Source of the DNA: Oscillospiraceae bacterium
Lineage (GTDB): Bacteria; Bacillota; Clostridia; Oscillospirales; Acutalibacteraceae
Direction of reading: 5' to 3'
Length of the DNA: 64,000 bases
Assembly: GCA_031280825.1 (NCBI GenBank)
Contig: JAITGE010000011.1
Coordinates: forward strand, 115 to 64,114
Below the pieces are notes generated by a model. That model searched no databases, had not been told where the DNA came from, and saw only the letters and a program-made list of their open reading frames with translations. Below are positions 1 through 8,727 of this stretch, piece by piece (the first letter of the stretch is position 1; each line of letters opens with the position of its first letter). A program made the translations under genes and the position numbers.

Positions 1-348
1 TCAAAGAAAAAAACCGTTTTCTTTATATTATAGAACGTTTCGGCACCCGGCACTCCTTTAATTTTGGTTATTTTATTGGGTTTTCTTGGTTTGGTTTGGC
101 GGTAGGTGACGCGTCACAACGAGCACGCCATCGGCTTCCTGAAACGCTTCAAAATCCTTGCGGAACGTTACCGCAATCGCAGAAAACGCTATGGTCTGCG
201 CGTTAACCTTCTGGCTGGTATCTGCAATTTTGACTTGGCTGCTTAATTTCGAAAGAGGTCTAATGTTGATTTTACCGGGGTTTCTCTTGTTGTCTTATGT
301 CAGGCTGGCATTGCGGGGTTTTTTTCGCTTTTGCGTAACGATTTGGGG

Positions 349-1971
349 TCAGCTTATGCCTTTCTTTCTTTTGCGCTTTTGTTTCAGCGGCAATTCGAAC
401 CAGAACTCTACGCCATCCGCTTGATTGCGCAGCCCGCAGATCCCTTCGTGCAGTTGGATAATGCTTTGCACGATGGAAAGTCCTAAACCGGTGCCCTTGT
501 TCTTATTGTCCGCCTCGTTGTTAGCCGTATAAAAATTGCCCCATACTTTCTTTTCGTCTTTTGCTTCAATGCGTGAGCCGCTGTTAAAAACACTAACCCG
601 AACCGCTTTGCGTGTGCGCGCAAGCTGCAACGCGATGCGTCCGCCGCTGGGTGTGAATTTCACGGCGTTTGAAAGGAAATTATGCACGGCAACCCGTGCA
701 TAAAACGCGTTGGCCTCCACGGCGACATCCGGGGGGATCTCCGCTTGCAGAGTGATGCCTTTTTCTTCTACCAGAGGAAGGAATTCGTCACATACATCCT
801 CCAATAGCTCGTCCAGCGCAATGGTTTCTGTTGACATTGTGGGCATGTTATCCAAACGCGAAACCGCCAAAACGTCCATAAGCCGGTTGTTCATGCGCTT
901 GATTTCTTCGCGCAGTGTGTGTGCGTATTGCTTCATGGTGGCAGCGTCGCTGTCTAACTCTATTTTTTCACCATAAAGCATTACCACGCCCATCGGTGTT
1001 TTGAGTTCGTGCGCCACTGTAACCAACAGGTCGCGCTGCGATTGAATCGTGCGTTGCTGCACTGCGCCAAACGAGCGATATTCAACGAAGATGCAAAGGA
1101 GCAAAAAAAGAATATAGAACATTAGCAACACGAGGTAGGAGGCGCTGTTAAAGCGGATCACCTCCCGGAATGCGGCGTATAGCGGTGAATACACCCCGGC
1201 GGTGCATATGTAGAAGATCTGTTCTTCATCCTCCGGTGAGCTTTCGTACCATTGTCCGTCGTCTTTTAGAATGGGATTATAAAGATCCCCTGCGAATTCA
1301 TAGAACTGATGGAATGCGGGGTTGCTGTCGGTTTGGTGCACGGATGAGAGAATTGCAAGATTTTCAGGCGGCTGTGTGTTTTCTGTAGGTCGCAGGTAAA
1401 CTTTTTCATAACTTACAAAATTCGAAACAAGGAATCGCTTTTCTTCCCTGTAATTGCTTGGGGGAAAGATTTGCCACATAAGGCGGTTGTCGCCCCAAAC
1501 AACAGCTTTTCCATCCGACCATGTTTCTTGACCGTTTTCGACACGGGCTTTGAATGCGGCTGTGTCTTTCGCCCACCCTTCCACCAAACCCTGTTTTGCG
1601 CTTTCGGGCGAAACAGCCTCTTTGATGAACTCCGATGAACCTGCCCGTTTGGCAAGATACGAAAACCAATGCGGCAGCTGTTTTCGCTCCGTACGCACAT
1701 TGGGATCGTAGAGGACAGGCTCGTTAACTAAAATGGTGTGCGAGTGCCCCAGCTTCACGGGAGGAACCGGAGCTTGCGTCTTATCTGTGGTTCTTGAATA
1801 CTGACACCACGGATTATAAGAGCCATTGCAGCCGGACGAATAAAGTGCCATTTCGTAGTTGTCTGAGCTTGTAACCAAATTCCAGCTTTCATCGTAAATG
1901 GCCACGTAGAAAGAACCTGTTGAGTAAAGCTGCGCGGCTTTGTGCTGAATGTTATCTGACAATTGAGCCAA
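349..1971 (-). CDS. Sensor histidine kinase, main body (extracytoplasmic domain, TM2, HisKA, HATPase_c)
   Basis: 540-aa ORF. H-box VAHELKTPM, N-box FLSNAVKFT, G-box GTGLGLSIV. One TM (SYLVLLMFYILFLLLCIFV) precedes the H-box. The listed start is a TTG with no RBS, and the frame is the same as ORF 2014..2268. Confidence 0.85.
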   Translation of the reverse strand: MAQLSDNIQHKAAQLYSTGSFYVAIYDESWNLVTSSDNYEMALYSSGCNGSYNPWCQYSRTTDKTQAPVPPVKLGHSHTILVNEPVLYDPNVRTERKQLPHWFSYLAKRAGSSEFIKEAVSPESAKQGLVEGWAKDTAAFKARVENGQETWSDGKAVVWGDNRLMWQIFPPSNYREEKRFLVSNFVSYEKVYLRPTENTQPPENLAILSSVHQTDSNPAFHQFYEFAGDLYNPILKDDGQWYESSPEDEEQIFYICTAGVYSPLYAAFREVIRFNSASYLVLLMFYILFLLLCIFVEYRSFGAVQQRTIQSQRDLLVTVAHELKTPMGVVMLYGEKIELDSDAATMKQYAHTLREEIKRMNNRLMDVLAVSRLDNMPTMSTETIALDELLEDVCDEFLPLVEEKGITLQAEIPPDVAVEANAFYARVAVHNFLSNAVKFTPSGGRIALQLARTRKAVRVSVFNSGSRIEAKDEKKVWGNFYTANNEADNKNKGTGLGLSIVQSIIQLHEGICGLRNQADGVEFWFELPLKQKRKRKKGIS

Positions 1972-2013
1972 AGTGAACAGCGCAGTTTCGCCCAGCGGTC
2001 TTGTGCAGGGAGT

Positions 2014-2268
2014 CTATGCATCAAAGTCGTACTGTGCATAGGGGTGCGAAGCAGTCCAACTCCAACGATTCTTCCCGGTCCACTGCGTTAGAGTATCCCC
2101 AATCAGCTTGCCGCCGACCGTTGCGCCAACCAACAGCGCAATCAATACTGCCGTGAGAACCGCAACGGTGATTTTTACCTGTTTCGCAAAACGACGCGCA
2201 GCCTGCGATAAAGTGAGCGACTCGCGTTTGTCCATCCTTGCCTCTTTACGCATATGCGAGCGTTTCAT
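2014..2268 (-). CDS. N-terminal piece of the same kinase (cytoplasmic stub + TM1), ended by an in-frame TAG
   Basis: 84-aa ORF with TM ITVAVLTAVLIALLVGATVGG. Its ATG overlaps the response-regulator stop (CAATGA). TAG at 2014..2016 is followed by 14 open codons, then the 540-aa ORF in the same frame. Confidence 0.5.
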   Translation of the reverse strand: MKRSHMRKEARMDKRESLTLSQAARRFAKQVKITVAVLTAVLIALLVGATVGGKLIGDTLTQWTGKNRWSWTASHPYAQYDFDA

Positions 2269-2957
2269 TGACCGTTGTTCTCCTTCACAAATTGGTACCC
2301 GAATCCAGGAACGAATTGGATATACTGCCCATTTTCGCCTAACGATTTTTTTAGCTTGGATATGTGCTTGTCTACCACGCGTTCGTCGTCGATATAGCCG
2401 TAATCCCAGACATCGGTGAGCAGCCGTTCGCCGATGAGCATGAAACCGGCGTTTTCCAGCAATGTGTATAACAGCCTAAACTGCTTCGGCGTCAGCTTCA
2501 GATCCTGCCCGTCTACTGTGCATATTTTGTGCTTGTCGTCAATTTCGATGCCATGCATCGATTGAACGGAACCCTTTTGCTGCAATAAGCGTGTGTGGTC
2601 AATCATAGATTTCACCCGCAAAAACAATAGACGCACAGAGTATGGCTTGACGACATAATCATGGCAGCCAAGAGAAAATCCTCGCTCTTGCTCCATCTCA
2701 TCCCCACGTGCGGTGACGAAAATTATGGGAATGTTTTTGTTCCGCTCGCGTATCCAGCGGCAGATATCATAGCCTTCATCACGGTGGCGCATCATGATAT
2801 CCAGCAAAACCAGATCAAAGCGCTGTGCGTTGAACAGCCGATATGTCTCTGTTTCGCCGCCGCAGCAAATCACTTCAGCGTCGTTTTGGGCAAAGTGTTC
2901 CTGTACCGCTTGGCAAAAGCGGGAATCGTCTTCAACCATTAGTATTCGGTAGCTCAT
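2265..2957 (-). CDS. OmpR-family response regulator
   Basis: 230 aa. Receiver domain (MSYRILMVEDD, LVLLDIMM) plus a C-terminal winged-helix domain (LTPKQFRLLYTLLEN...GFGYQF). Confidence 0.9.
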   Translation of the reverse strand: MSYRILMVEDDSRFCQAVQEHFAQNDAEVICCGGETETYRLFNAQRFDLVLLDIMMRHRDEGYDICRWIRERNKNIPIIFVTARGDEMEQERGFSLGCHDYVVKPYSVRLLFLRVKSMIDHTRLLQQKGSVQSMHGIEIDDKHKICTVDGQDLKLTPKQFRLLYTLLENAGFMLIGERLLTDVWDYGYIDDERVVDKHISKLKKSLGENGQYIQFVPGFGYQFVKENNGQ

Positions 2958-3205
2958 GCTGCACCACTCCCTTTTTTCACCATTATAGCGGATAAAAAGC
3001 GCTTTTTCAACCCCTGCTGTTCCTTCTAACGAAAAACTGCGGCTTCAAAATATGGCATATAGCATTTCAACTTGACAATCAAATGCAAAAGAATCCCAGT
3101 TTTTCCTTGCGTTTCCGCCGCGTATCCGCTATAATATCCGTGACGTTGCGGGGAACGGCGGTTCTCCCCGGTGCACCTCAATGATAGACGGTTTCGAAAG
3201 GCGGG

Positions 3206-3505
3206 ATGCTTTTGTCTTGCGAAAAAATTGCGCCCTACTGGCTGCGGGTGGCGGCAATCCTGCTCACGATGCTGGGCATTGGCTTTCCGCTCATGAACTA
3301 CCAGTTTGTGCAAAAGGAGCATGTGCAGGAATTGCGAAAGCAGATCGATGAAGCAAAAGAAGACCGCCCAAAGATTGAATCAATGTTACTTAGTGCGAGT
3401 AAACAGTTGCAGGAGAATCAAGAAAAGATCGACGCGCAAAACTGCGCGTACCAAAAAAAAGCTCGGCAATTACAAGGTGACGACGAAGGAGGCGGCAACG
3501 GATGA
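3206..3505 (+). CDS. Hypothetical small membrane-anchored coiled-coil protein
   Basis: 99 aa with one TM ([18 protein letters not shown]) then a charged helical region. Its stop overlaps the fucI start (ATGA). RBS is weak. Confidence 0.35.
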   Translation: MLLSCEKIAPYWLRVAAILLTMLGIGFPLMNYQFVQKEHVQELRKQIDEAKEDRPKIESMLLSASKQLQENQEKIDAQNCAYQKKARQLQGDDEGGGNG

Positions 3506-5325
3506 CCATTCCAAACAACCACCCCGTTATTGGTATTCGACCCATTATTGACGGGCGGCGCGGCGGCGTTCGCGAAAGCTTGGAGGCAAAGACCTTGGGC
3601 ATGGCGCAGGCCGCGAAGGCGCTGCTCGAAAGCAGCTGCCGCTACAGCGACGGTGAAGCCTTGCGCTGCGTGATTTCACCTTGCACCATCGGCGGTTCTG
3701 CCGAAGCGGCGCGCTGCGCGGAATTTTTCGCCGCGCAAAATGTCTGCGCAACGCTAAGCGTCACCCCGTGCTGGTGTTACGGCAGCGAAACGATGGATAC
3801 CGACCCATTGACAATCAAAGCGGTTTGGGGATTTAACGGTACGGAACGCCCCGGGGCGGTCTACCTTGCCGCCGTGTTGGCAGCGCACGCGCAGCGCGGG
3901 CTGCCGGCGTTCTCAATTTATGGGCGCGATGTGCAGGATGTGACGGATAACAGCATCCCGGCGGACGTTGCTGAAAAGCTGTTACGTTTTGCCCGCTGCG
4001 CCGCCGCATTGGGGCAAATCAGGGGGAAAAGCTACGTGGGCATTGGTTCGGTTTCCATGGGCATCGTTGGGTCATACACGGATGCGGCGGTCATGCAGCG
4101 GTATTTTGGTCTGCGCCCCGAATGGGTGGATATGAGCGAGATCAGCCGCCGGATTGACCTCGAAATTTATGATAAAGAAGAATACGCGATTGCGCTTGCG
4201 TGGGTTCGGGCGAATTGCCCGGAGGGCTTCGATAAGAATGAAATACCCTCTTCCCCGGAACGCAAGGCTTGGGAATGGGAATATGTGACGAAAATGACAT
4301 TGGTTTGCCGCGATATCTTGTTGGGCAACGCGAAGCTGCGCGATGTACGCCCTTCGGAAGCAATCGGCGGCAAGAATGGCGTTTTGCAGGATGGCTGGCA
4401 TGAAGAGGCTCTGGGGCGCAACGCGATTCTGGGCGGCTTTCAAGGGCAGCGGCAGTGGACGGATCATATGCCCAACTGTGATTTTACGGAAGCAATCCTA
4501 AATTCCGGCTTTGATTGGAATGGCAGGAAGGAGCCGCTGGTCTTCGCCACCGAAAACGACGGTCTTAACGGGCTTTCTATGCTGGCGGGCAAGCTGCTCA
4601 CAGGAACTGCCAGCCTGTTTGCCGACGTTCGCACCTATTGGAGTCCTGCGGCGGTTGCGCGCGTGACAGGTTACGCGTTGACGGGCGCGGCGGCGGGCGG
4701 CGTGATTCATATGATCAATTCCGGCGCGGCAGCGCTTGACGCCACAGGTGTGCAGCAGGATGCCGATGGCAAGCTGGGCGTCATCAAGCCTTGGTGGGAG
4801 CTGACGCAAGCCGATATTACCGCAATGCTCCAAGCAACGGATTGGTGCCCGGCGGATAAGGGTTACTTCCGGGGCGGCGGATTTTCTTCGCGTTTTAGCA
4901 CCCAAGCTGAAATGCCGCTCACGCTCATTCGGTTCAATATTGCGGAGGGCTTGGGTCCGGTGCTGCAATTTGCGGAAGGCTGGGCGGTCACTCTGCCGGA
5001 GAAAGTGCAAAACACACTTTGGCAGCGGACCGATCCCACATGGCCCACCACCTGGTTTGCCCCGCGCTGCGGCGGCGCGGGCGGCGAAGCATTCCGCGAT
5101 GTATACAGTGTGATGGCGCGCTGGGGCGCAAATCACGGAAGCCTGACATACGGGCATATCGGCGCGGATTTGATTACCCTTGCTTCCATGCTGCGCATAC
5201 CTGTGGCGATGCACAATTTGCCCGACGCCGCGCTGTTCCGTCCGCATTGTTGGGCCGCCTTTGGCACAAAGGATCCCGAGGGGGCGGATTATCGCGCCTG
5301 CAAAGCATACGGAGCAAGGTTTTAA
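3502..5325 (+). CDS. fucI: L-fucose isomerase
   Basis: 607 aa, colinear with E. coli FucI as I recall it ([72 protein letters not shown]). Confidence 0.95.
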   Translation: MTIPNNHPVIGIRPIIDGRRGGVRESLEAKTLGMAQAAKALLESSCRYSDGEALRCVISPCTIGGSAEAARCAEFFAAQNVCATLSVTPCWCYGSETMDTDPLTIKAVWGFNGTERPGAVYLAAVLAAHAQRGLPAFSIYGRDVQDVTDNSIPADVAEKLLRFARCAAALGQIRGKSYVGIGSVSMGIVGSYTDAAVMQRYFGLRPEWVDMSEISRRIDLEIYDKEEYAIALAWVRANCPEGFDKNEIPSSPERKAWEWEYVTKMTLVCRDILLGNAKLRDVRPSEAIGGKNGVLQDGWHEEALGRNAILGGFQGQRQWTDHMPNCDFTEAILNSGFDWNGRKEPLVFATENDGLNGLSMLAGKLLTGTASLFADVRTYWSPAAVARVTGYALTGAAAGGVIHMINSGAAALDATGVQQDADGKLGVIKPWWELTQADITAMLQATDWCPADKGYFRGGGFSSRFSTQAEMPLTLIRFNIAEGLGPVLQFAEGWAVTLPEKVQNTLWQRTDPTWPTTWFAPRCGGAGGEAFRDVYSVMARWGANHGSLTYGHIGADLITLASMLRIPVAMHNLPDAALFRPHCWAAFGTKDPEGADYRACKAYGARF

Positions 5326-5360
5326 GGTGATGCAGCACACATGATTTGCGAGGAAGCCGC

Positions 5361-6272
5361 ATGAGTTTTTCGTCCCTTGTTAAAGCGGAGCTGATCGCCG
5401 CCGCCGCCGCGCAGGATGTTTATTGCGCCGAGGCGCAGCTGTATGGGATGCTCCTGTTTGCCCGCGCGTTTTCTGCGCGGGAGATTCGTTTTACCACGGA
5501 ATCCGCCGCATTGGCGGAGCTGTTTTGCGCGGGACTGCGGGAATTGGTTCCGGTGGAAGCGCGTTTGCGCAAGGCAGGCCGCAAGTGGGATGCGGAAATC
5601 ACCAACGCTGCGGATTGCGCCCGTGTTTTGCGGCGCTTTGGTCACGCCGAAACGGATGTGCATCTGCACATCAACCGCATGAATCTGAGCGCGGAGTGCT
5701 GCCCCGCCGCTTTTTTACGCGGGAGCTTCCTTGCTTGCGCCGCCATCAGTGCGCCGCAGCGGCAGTATCATCTGGAATTCAACGTGCGCTATCGCCGCTT
5801 GGCAGGTGATTTGGCAAAGCTGCTGGAAGAGCAGGCGCTGCAGCCCGGCTTGATCCACCGAAAAGGCGCGTGGCTGCTTTATTTTAAGGGCAGCGAGCAG
5901 ATTGAGGATCTGCTCGCGCTGCTGGGTGCGCAACGCGCTTCGCTGGATCTGATGGGCGTGAAAATTGAGAAAGATGTGCGCAACCACGTGAATCGCCGTG
6001 TGAATTTTGAAACCGCGAACCTGCGCCGCACCGCCGGTGCTGCCGCGGCGCAGCTGGAAGCCATCCGGCAGCTGCGTGCCTGCGGCGCGCTGGACGCGCT
6101 GCCCGCGCTTTTGCGCGAGGCCGCCGATTTGCGCGCGGACAATCCGGGCGCTTCGCTTCACGAATTGAGTGAACTCGCAGCGGAGGAAACCACGCGATCC
6201 GGCATGAACCACCGGCTTAAACGGTTGGTAGAGCTTGCCGCAAAAATAAATCCAGACGGAGGGACGGCATGA
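5361..6272 (+). CDS. whiA: DNA-binding sporulation/cell-division regulator WhiA
   Basis: 303 aa from the ATG preceded by GAGGAAG. N-terminus MSFSSLVKAEL, LAGLIDADG-like middle region, C-terminal HTH (TRSGMNHRLKRLVELA). Confidence 0.85.
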   Translation: MSFSSLVKAELIAAAAAQDVYCAEAQLYGMLLFARAFSAREIRFTTESAALAELFCAGLRELVPVEARLRKAGRKWDAEITNAADCARVLRRFGHAETDVHLHINRMNLSAECCPAAFLRGSFLACAAISAPQRQYHLEFNVRYRRLAGDLAKLLEEQALQPGLIHRKGAWLLYFKGSEQIEDLLALLGAQRASLDLMGVKIEKDVRNHVNRRVNFETANLRRTAGAAAAQLEAIRQLRACGALDALPALLREAADLRADNPGASLHELSELAAEETTRSGMNHRLKRLVELAAKINPDGGTA

Positions 6273-7111
6273 AAATTAAATATTATGGCACGGCAGCCGC
6301 CGAAGGCGTTCCGGGGATGTTTTGCACCTGCCCAACCTGCCAACGCGCGCGGGAGGCGGGCGGGCGCAATCTGCGCACCCGCTCGCAGGCGCTGGTGAAC
6401 GATACGCTGCTCATCGATTTCCCGCCCGATACCTATTGGCATGTGCTGCAGCAAGGCTTACCGTTGCCCGGCATTACGACGCTGCTGGTCACGCACGCGC
6501 ACAGCGATCATCTTTACCCGCTCGATTTTGAGATGCGCCGCGCCGGTTTTGCCCATGTGGAGCAAAATGGTCGGCAGCACACCGAGCCGCTGCATATTTA
6601 CGCTTCGGCGGCGACGGTGCGTTACATTGCCAACGCTGACCCTATCAACCTTACCGTTGATGAAGCCATTGATCTGCATGTCGTTACGCCGTTCACGCCC
6701 TTTGCGGTGGATGGCTTCAACGTTACGGGTCTGAAGGCGGACCACGACGCAAAAACGGAGCCGCTGTTTTATATGATTGAAAAAGACGGCAAAGCCCTGC
6801 TATACGCAAATGACACCGGCTATTTTCCGGAAGAAACCTGGGAATATCTTGCCTCTACCAAGCCTCGGCTGGATTTTGTTTCGCTCGATTGCACGGGTAT
6901 TGTTGAAAACTACCGTCAGCACCACATGGGTGTGCAGGCAAATTATGATACGCGCGAACGCTTGCAAGCGCTGCGCTGCACACATGAAAGCACACAGTTT
7001 TGTCATCATCATTTTTCACATAACGGTCGTTTGGTTTATGATGAACAGGTTCCCTTGGCGGAAAAAAATGGCTTTCTGGTTTCGTATGACGGGATGGAGG
7101 CTGTGTTTTGA
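6269..7111 (+). CDS. MBL-fold metallo-hydrolase (PhnP-like)
   Basis: 280 aa. N-terminal CxxC (CTCPTC) and the HxHxDH motif (THAHSDH). Start overlaps the whiA stop. Confidence 0.8.
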   Translation: MKIKYYGTAAAEGVPGMFCTCPTCQRAREAGGRNLRTRSQALVNDTLLIDFPPDTYWHVLQQGLPLPGITTLLVTHAHSDHLYPLDFEMRRAGFAHVEQNGRQHTEPLHIYASAATVRYIANADPINLTVDEAIDLHVVTPFTPFAVDGFNVTGLKADHDAKTEPLFYMIEKDGKALLYANDTGYFPEETWEYLASTKPRLDFVSLDCTGIVENYRQHHMGVQANYDTRERLQALRCTHESTQFCHHHFSHNGRLVYDEQVPLAEKNGFLVSYDGMEAVF

Positions 7112-8685
7112 TGCGCGCCGTACGCCTGTTTCCCGCCTTCCCCGGGCAAAGCGCCGCCGCCGCACTTGCCGTGCTGGGGCTGCGGCAGCCGCTGCCCTGT
7201 GGCGGGCAGGGGCGCTGCGGCAATTGCGTGGTTTGGCTGCGCGGAGCGCTTGCTCTGCCGGACGAAGCTGAGCGAACCGTGCTAAAGGCACGGGTGCAGG
7301 GGAATGCGCCTTTGCCCGGTTATGTGCCTCGCCTTGCCTGCCGCTGCCGCTTGCAGGGTTACGCGGAATGCCTCTTCGCAGAGGAGGACGCGCAGGTTCA
7401 CGCCGCCGCGCCCTCGGCGGGTGATTTCACACTCCCGCCATACGTGGGCGATGCGCCCAATTCTTTGGGCTTTGCCGTGGATATCGGCACGACGACCATA
7501 ACGCTGGAGCTGTTTCGCTTCCCGGAAACGAAGCCGATTGTATCCATTAGCGAAATGAATCGCCAAAGCGCATTCGGTGCGGATGTCCTCAGCCGTATTG
7601 CCCACGCTGCGGCGCATGGTAAAGAAAGCGGCGTTTCCTGCATCCAAGAACAGCTTGCGGCGATGCTTTTCAGCGCACTGGCGCGGGCGAACGCTTCGCC
7701 GGACGAAATCACAAGAGGCTGCGCCACGGGCAACACGACCATGTTGCATTTTTTGGCGAATCTCAGCCCGGTTTCCATGGGGCAAACGCCGTTTACGCCA
7801 TGCACTTTGTTTGGGGAGGAACATGCGGCGAATGAAATTCTTCCGGTGCTGCCGCCCACGGCGCGGCTCTACTTGCCGCCTTCGGTCAGCGCTTTTGTGG
7901 GTGCGGATATCACCTGCGGTGCGCTTGCCTGCAATTTGTGCGCCACGGAAAACACCTTACTGGCAGACGTTGGCACCAACGGTGAAATGATGCTCCACAC
8001 CAAAGCCGGTGCGTTGTTTTGCTGCGCAACCGCCGCCGGTCCTGCCTTTGAAGGCGCGGAAATCACTATGGGAATGCCCGCGCTCCCCGGCGCGGTGGAT
8101 CGCGTTTGGGGCGAAGGCGGGCGGCTCTGCTGGCATATGGTTGGCGCCTTGACGGAAAACAAAGCAAAAGGGATCTGCGGCACAGGGCTTATTTCCGCCT
8201 TGCGCTTCTTTCTTGAAGATGGTACCTTGGGTGAAACCGGCGGCATTGAAGCGCAGGAGGATAACCCGTATTTGCTTTGGAGGGAGGATGGACCGGCTCT
8301 TTGGCTTGGGGAAAGCGGTGTTGTGATTACGCAGCGCGACATTCGCAAGCTCCAGCTTGTCAAGGCGTCCATCGCCGCCGGGATTGATACCCTGCTTGCC
8401 GAAAGAGGGCTTTCCCCCGCAGATTTAGGGCGGCTCTGGCTGGGGGGCGGTTTTGGAAGCTTCCTTGCGCCGGATGACGCCGCCGCCATTGGGATGCTCC
8501 CCGCCGCCGCCGCGGCCCGCGCGCAACCTGCCGGAAATATCGCTCTGCGCGGTGCGGAAATGCTGCTTTTCAACAGCGATTGCCGCGAACAAGCGCGAAA
8601 AATCGCCCAAAACGCAACAGAAATCCCGCTTGCGACGCATCCTGTTTTTCAAGATGCTTTTGTGGAGCGAATGGGGTTTCGGTGA
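7108..8685 (+). CDS. [2Fe-2S] ferredoxin-ASKHA (DUF4445, RACo/RamA-like) protein
   Basis: 525 aa. N-terminal Cys cluster (PCGGQGRCGNCVV...LACRC), then ASKHA phosphate motifs (AVDIGTTTI, LADVGTNGE, GGGFGS). Start overlaps the MBL gene stop. Confidence 0.7.
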   Translation: MMRAVRLFPAFPGQSAAAALAVLGLRQPLPCGGQGRCGNCVVWLRGALALPDEAERTVLKARVQGNAPLPGYVPRLACRCRLQGYAECLFAEEDAQVHAAAPSAGDFTLPPYVGDAPNSLGFAVDIGTTTITLELFRFPETKPIVSISEMNRQSAFGADVLSRIAHAAAHGKESGVSCIQEQLAAMLFSALARANASPDEITRGCATGNTTMLHFLANLSPVSMGQTPFTPCTLFGEEHAANEILPVLPPTARLYLPPSVSAFVGADITCGALACNLCATENTLLADVGTNGEMMLHTKAGALFCCATAAGPAFEGAEITMGMPALPGAVDRVWGEGGRLCWHMVGALTENKAKGICGTGLISALRFFLEDGTLGETGGIEAQEDNPYLLWREDGPALWLGESGVVITQRDIRKLQLVKASIAAGIDTLLAERGLSPADLGRLWLGGGFGSFLAPDDAAAIGMLPAAAAARAQPAGNIALRGAEMLLFNSDCREQARKIAQNATEIPLATHPVFQDAFVERMGFR

Positions 8686-8727
8686 CGCTTTTCCATACAA
8701 AAATAAACAGCAAAAGGAGACGAACAC

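Noticed and set aside
65-290. Minus-strand open frame ...KINIRPLSKLSSQVKIADTSQKVNAQTIAFSAIAVTFRKDFEAFQEADGVLVVTRHLPPNQTKKTQ* downstream of the kinase.
   Set aside because: It is bounded upstream by a TAA and has no ATG/GTG/TTG before its last third. I could not assign a family. It may be a gene fragment, but this cannot be supported from sequence alone.
158-424. 88-aa hydrophobic plus-strand ORF at the left edge.
   Set aside because: It has no RBS, overlaps the 3' end of the histidine kinase gene, and shows no recognisable motif. It is probably a chance frame.
2014-2016. Pyrrolysine or a reassigned-TAG reading of the in-frame amber codon in the kinase.
   Set aside because: TAG appears to act as an ordinary stop elsewhere (for example the GH95 gene ends GCT GCG GGT TAG at 11038..11040). 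No pyl genes or methylamine methyltransferases are in the window. A nonsense mutation or sequencing error is more parsimonious.
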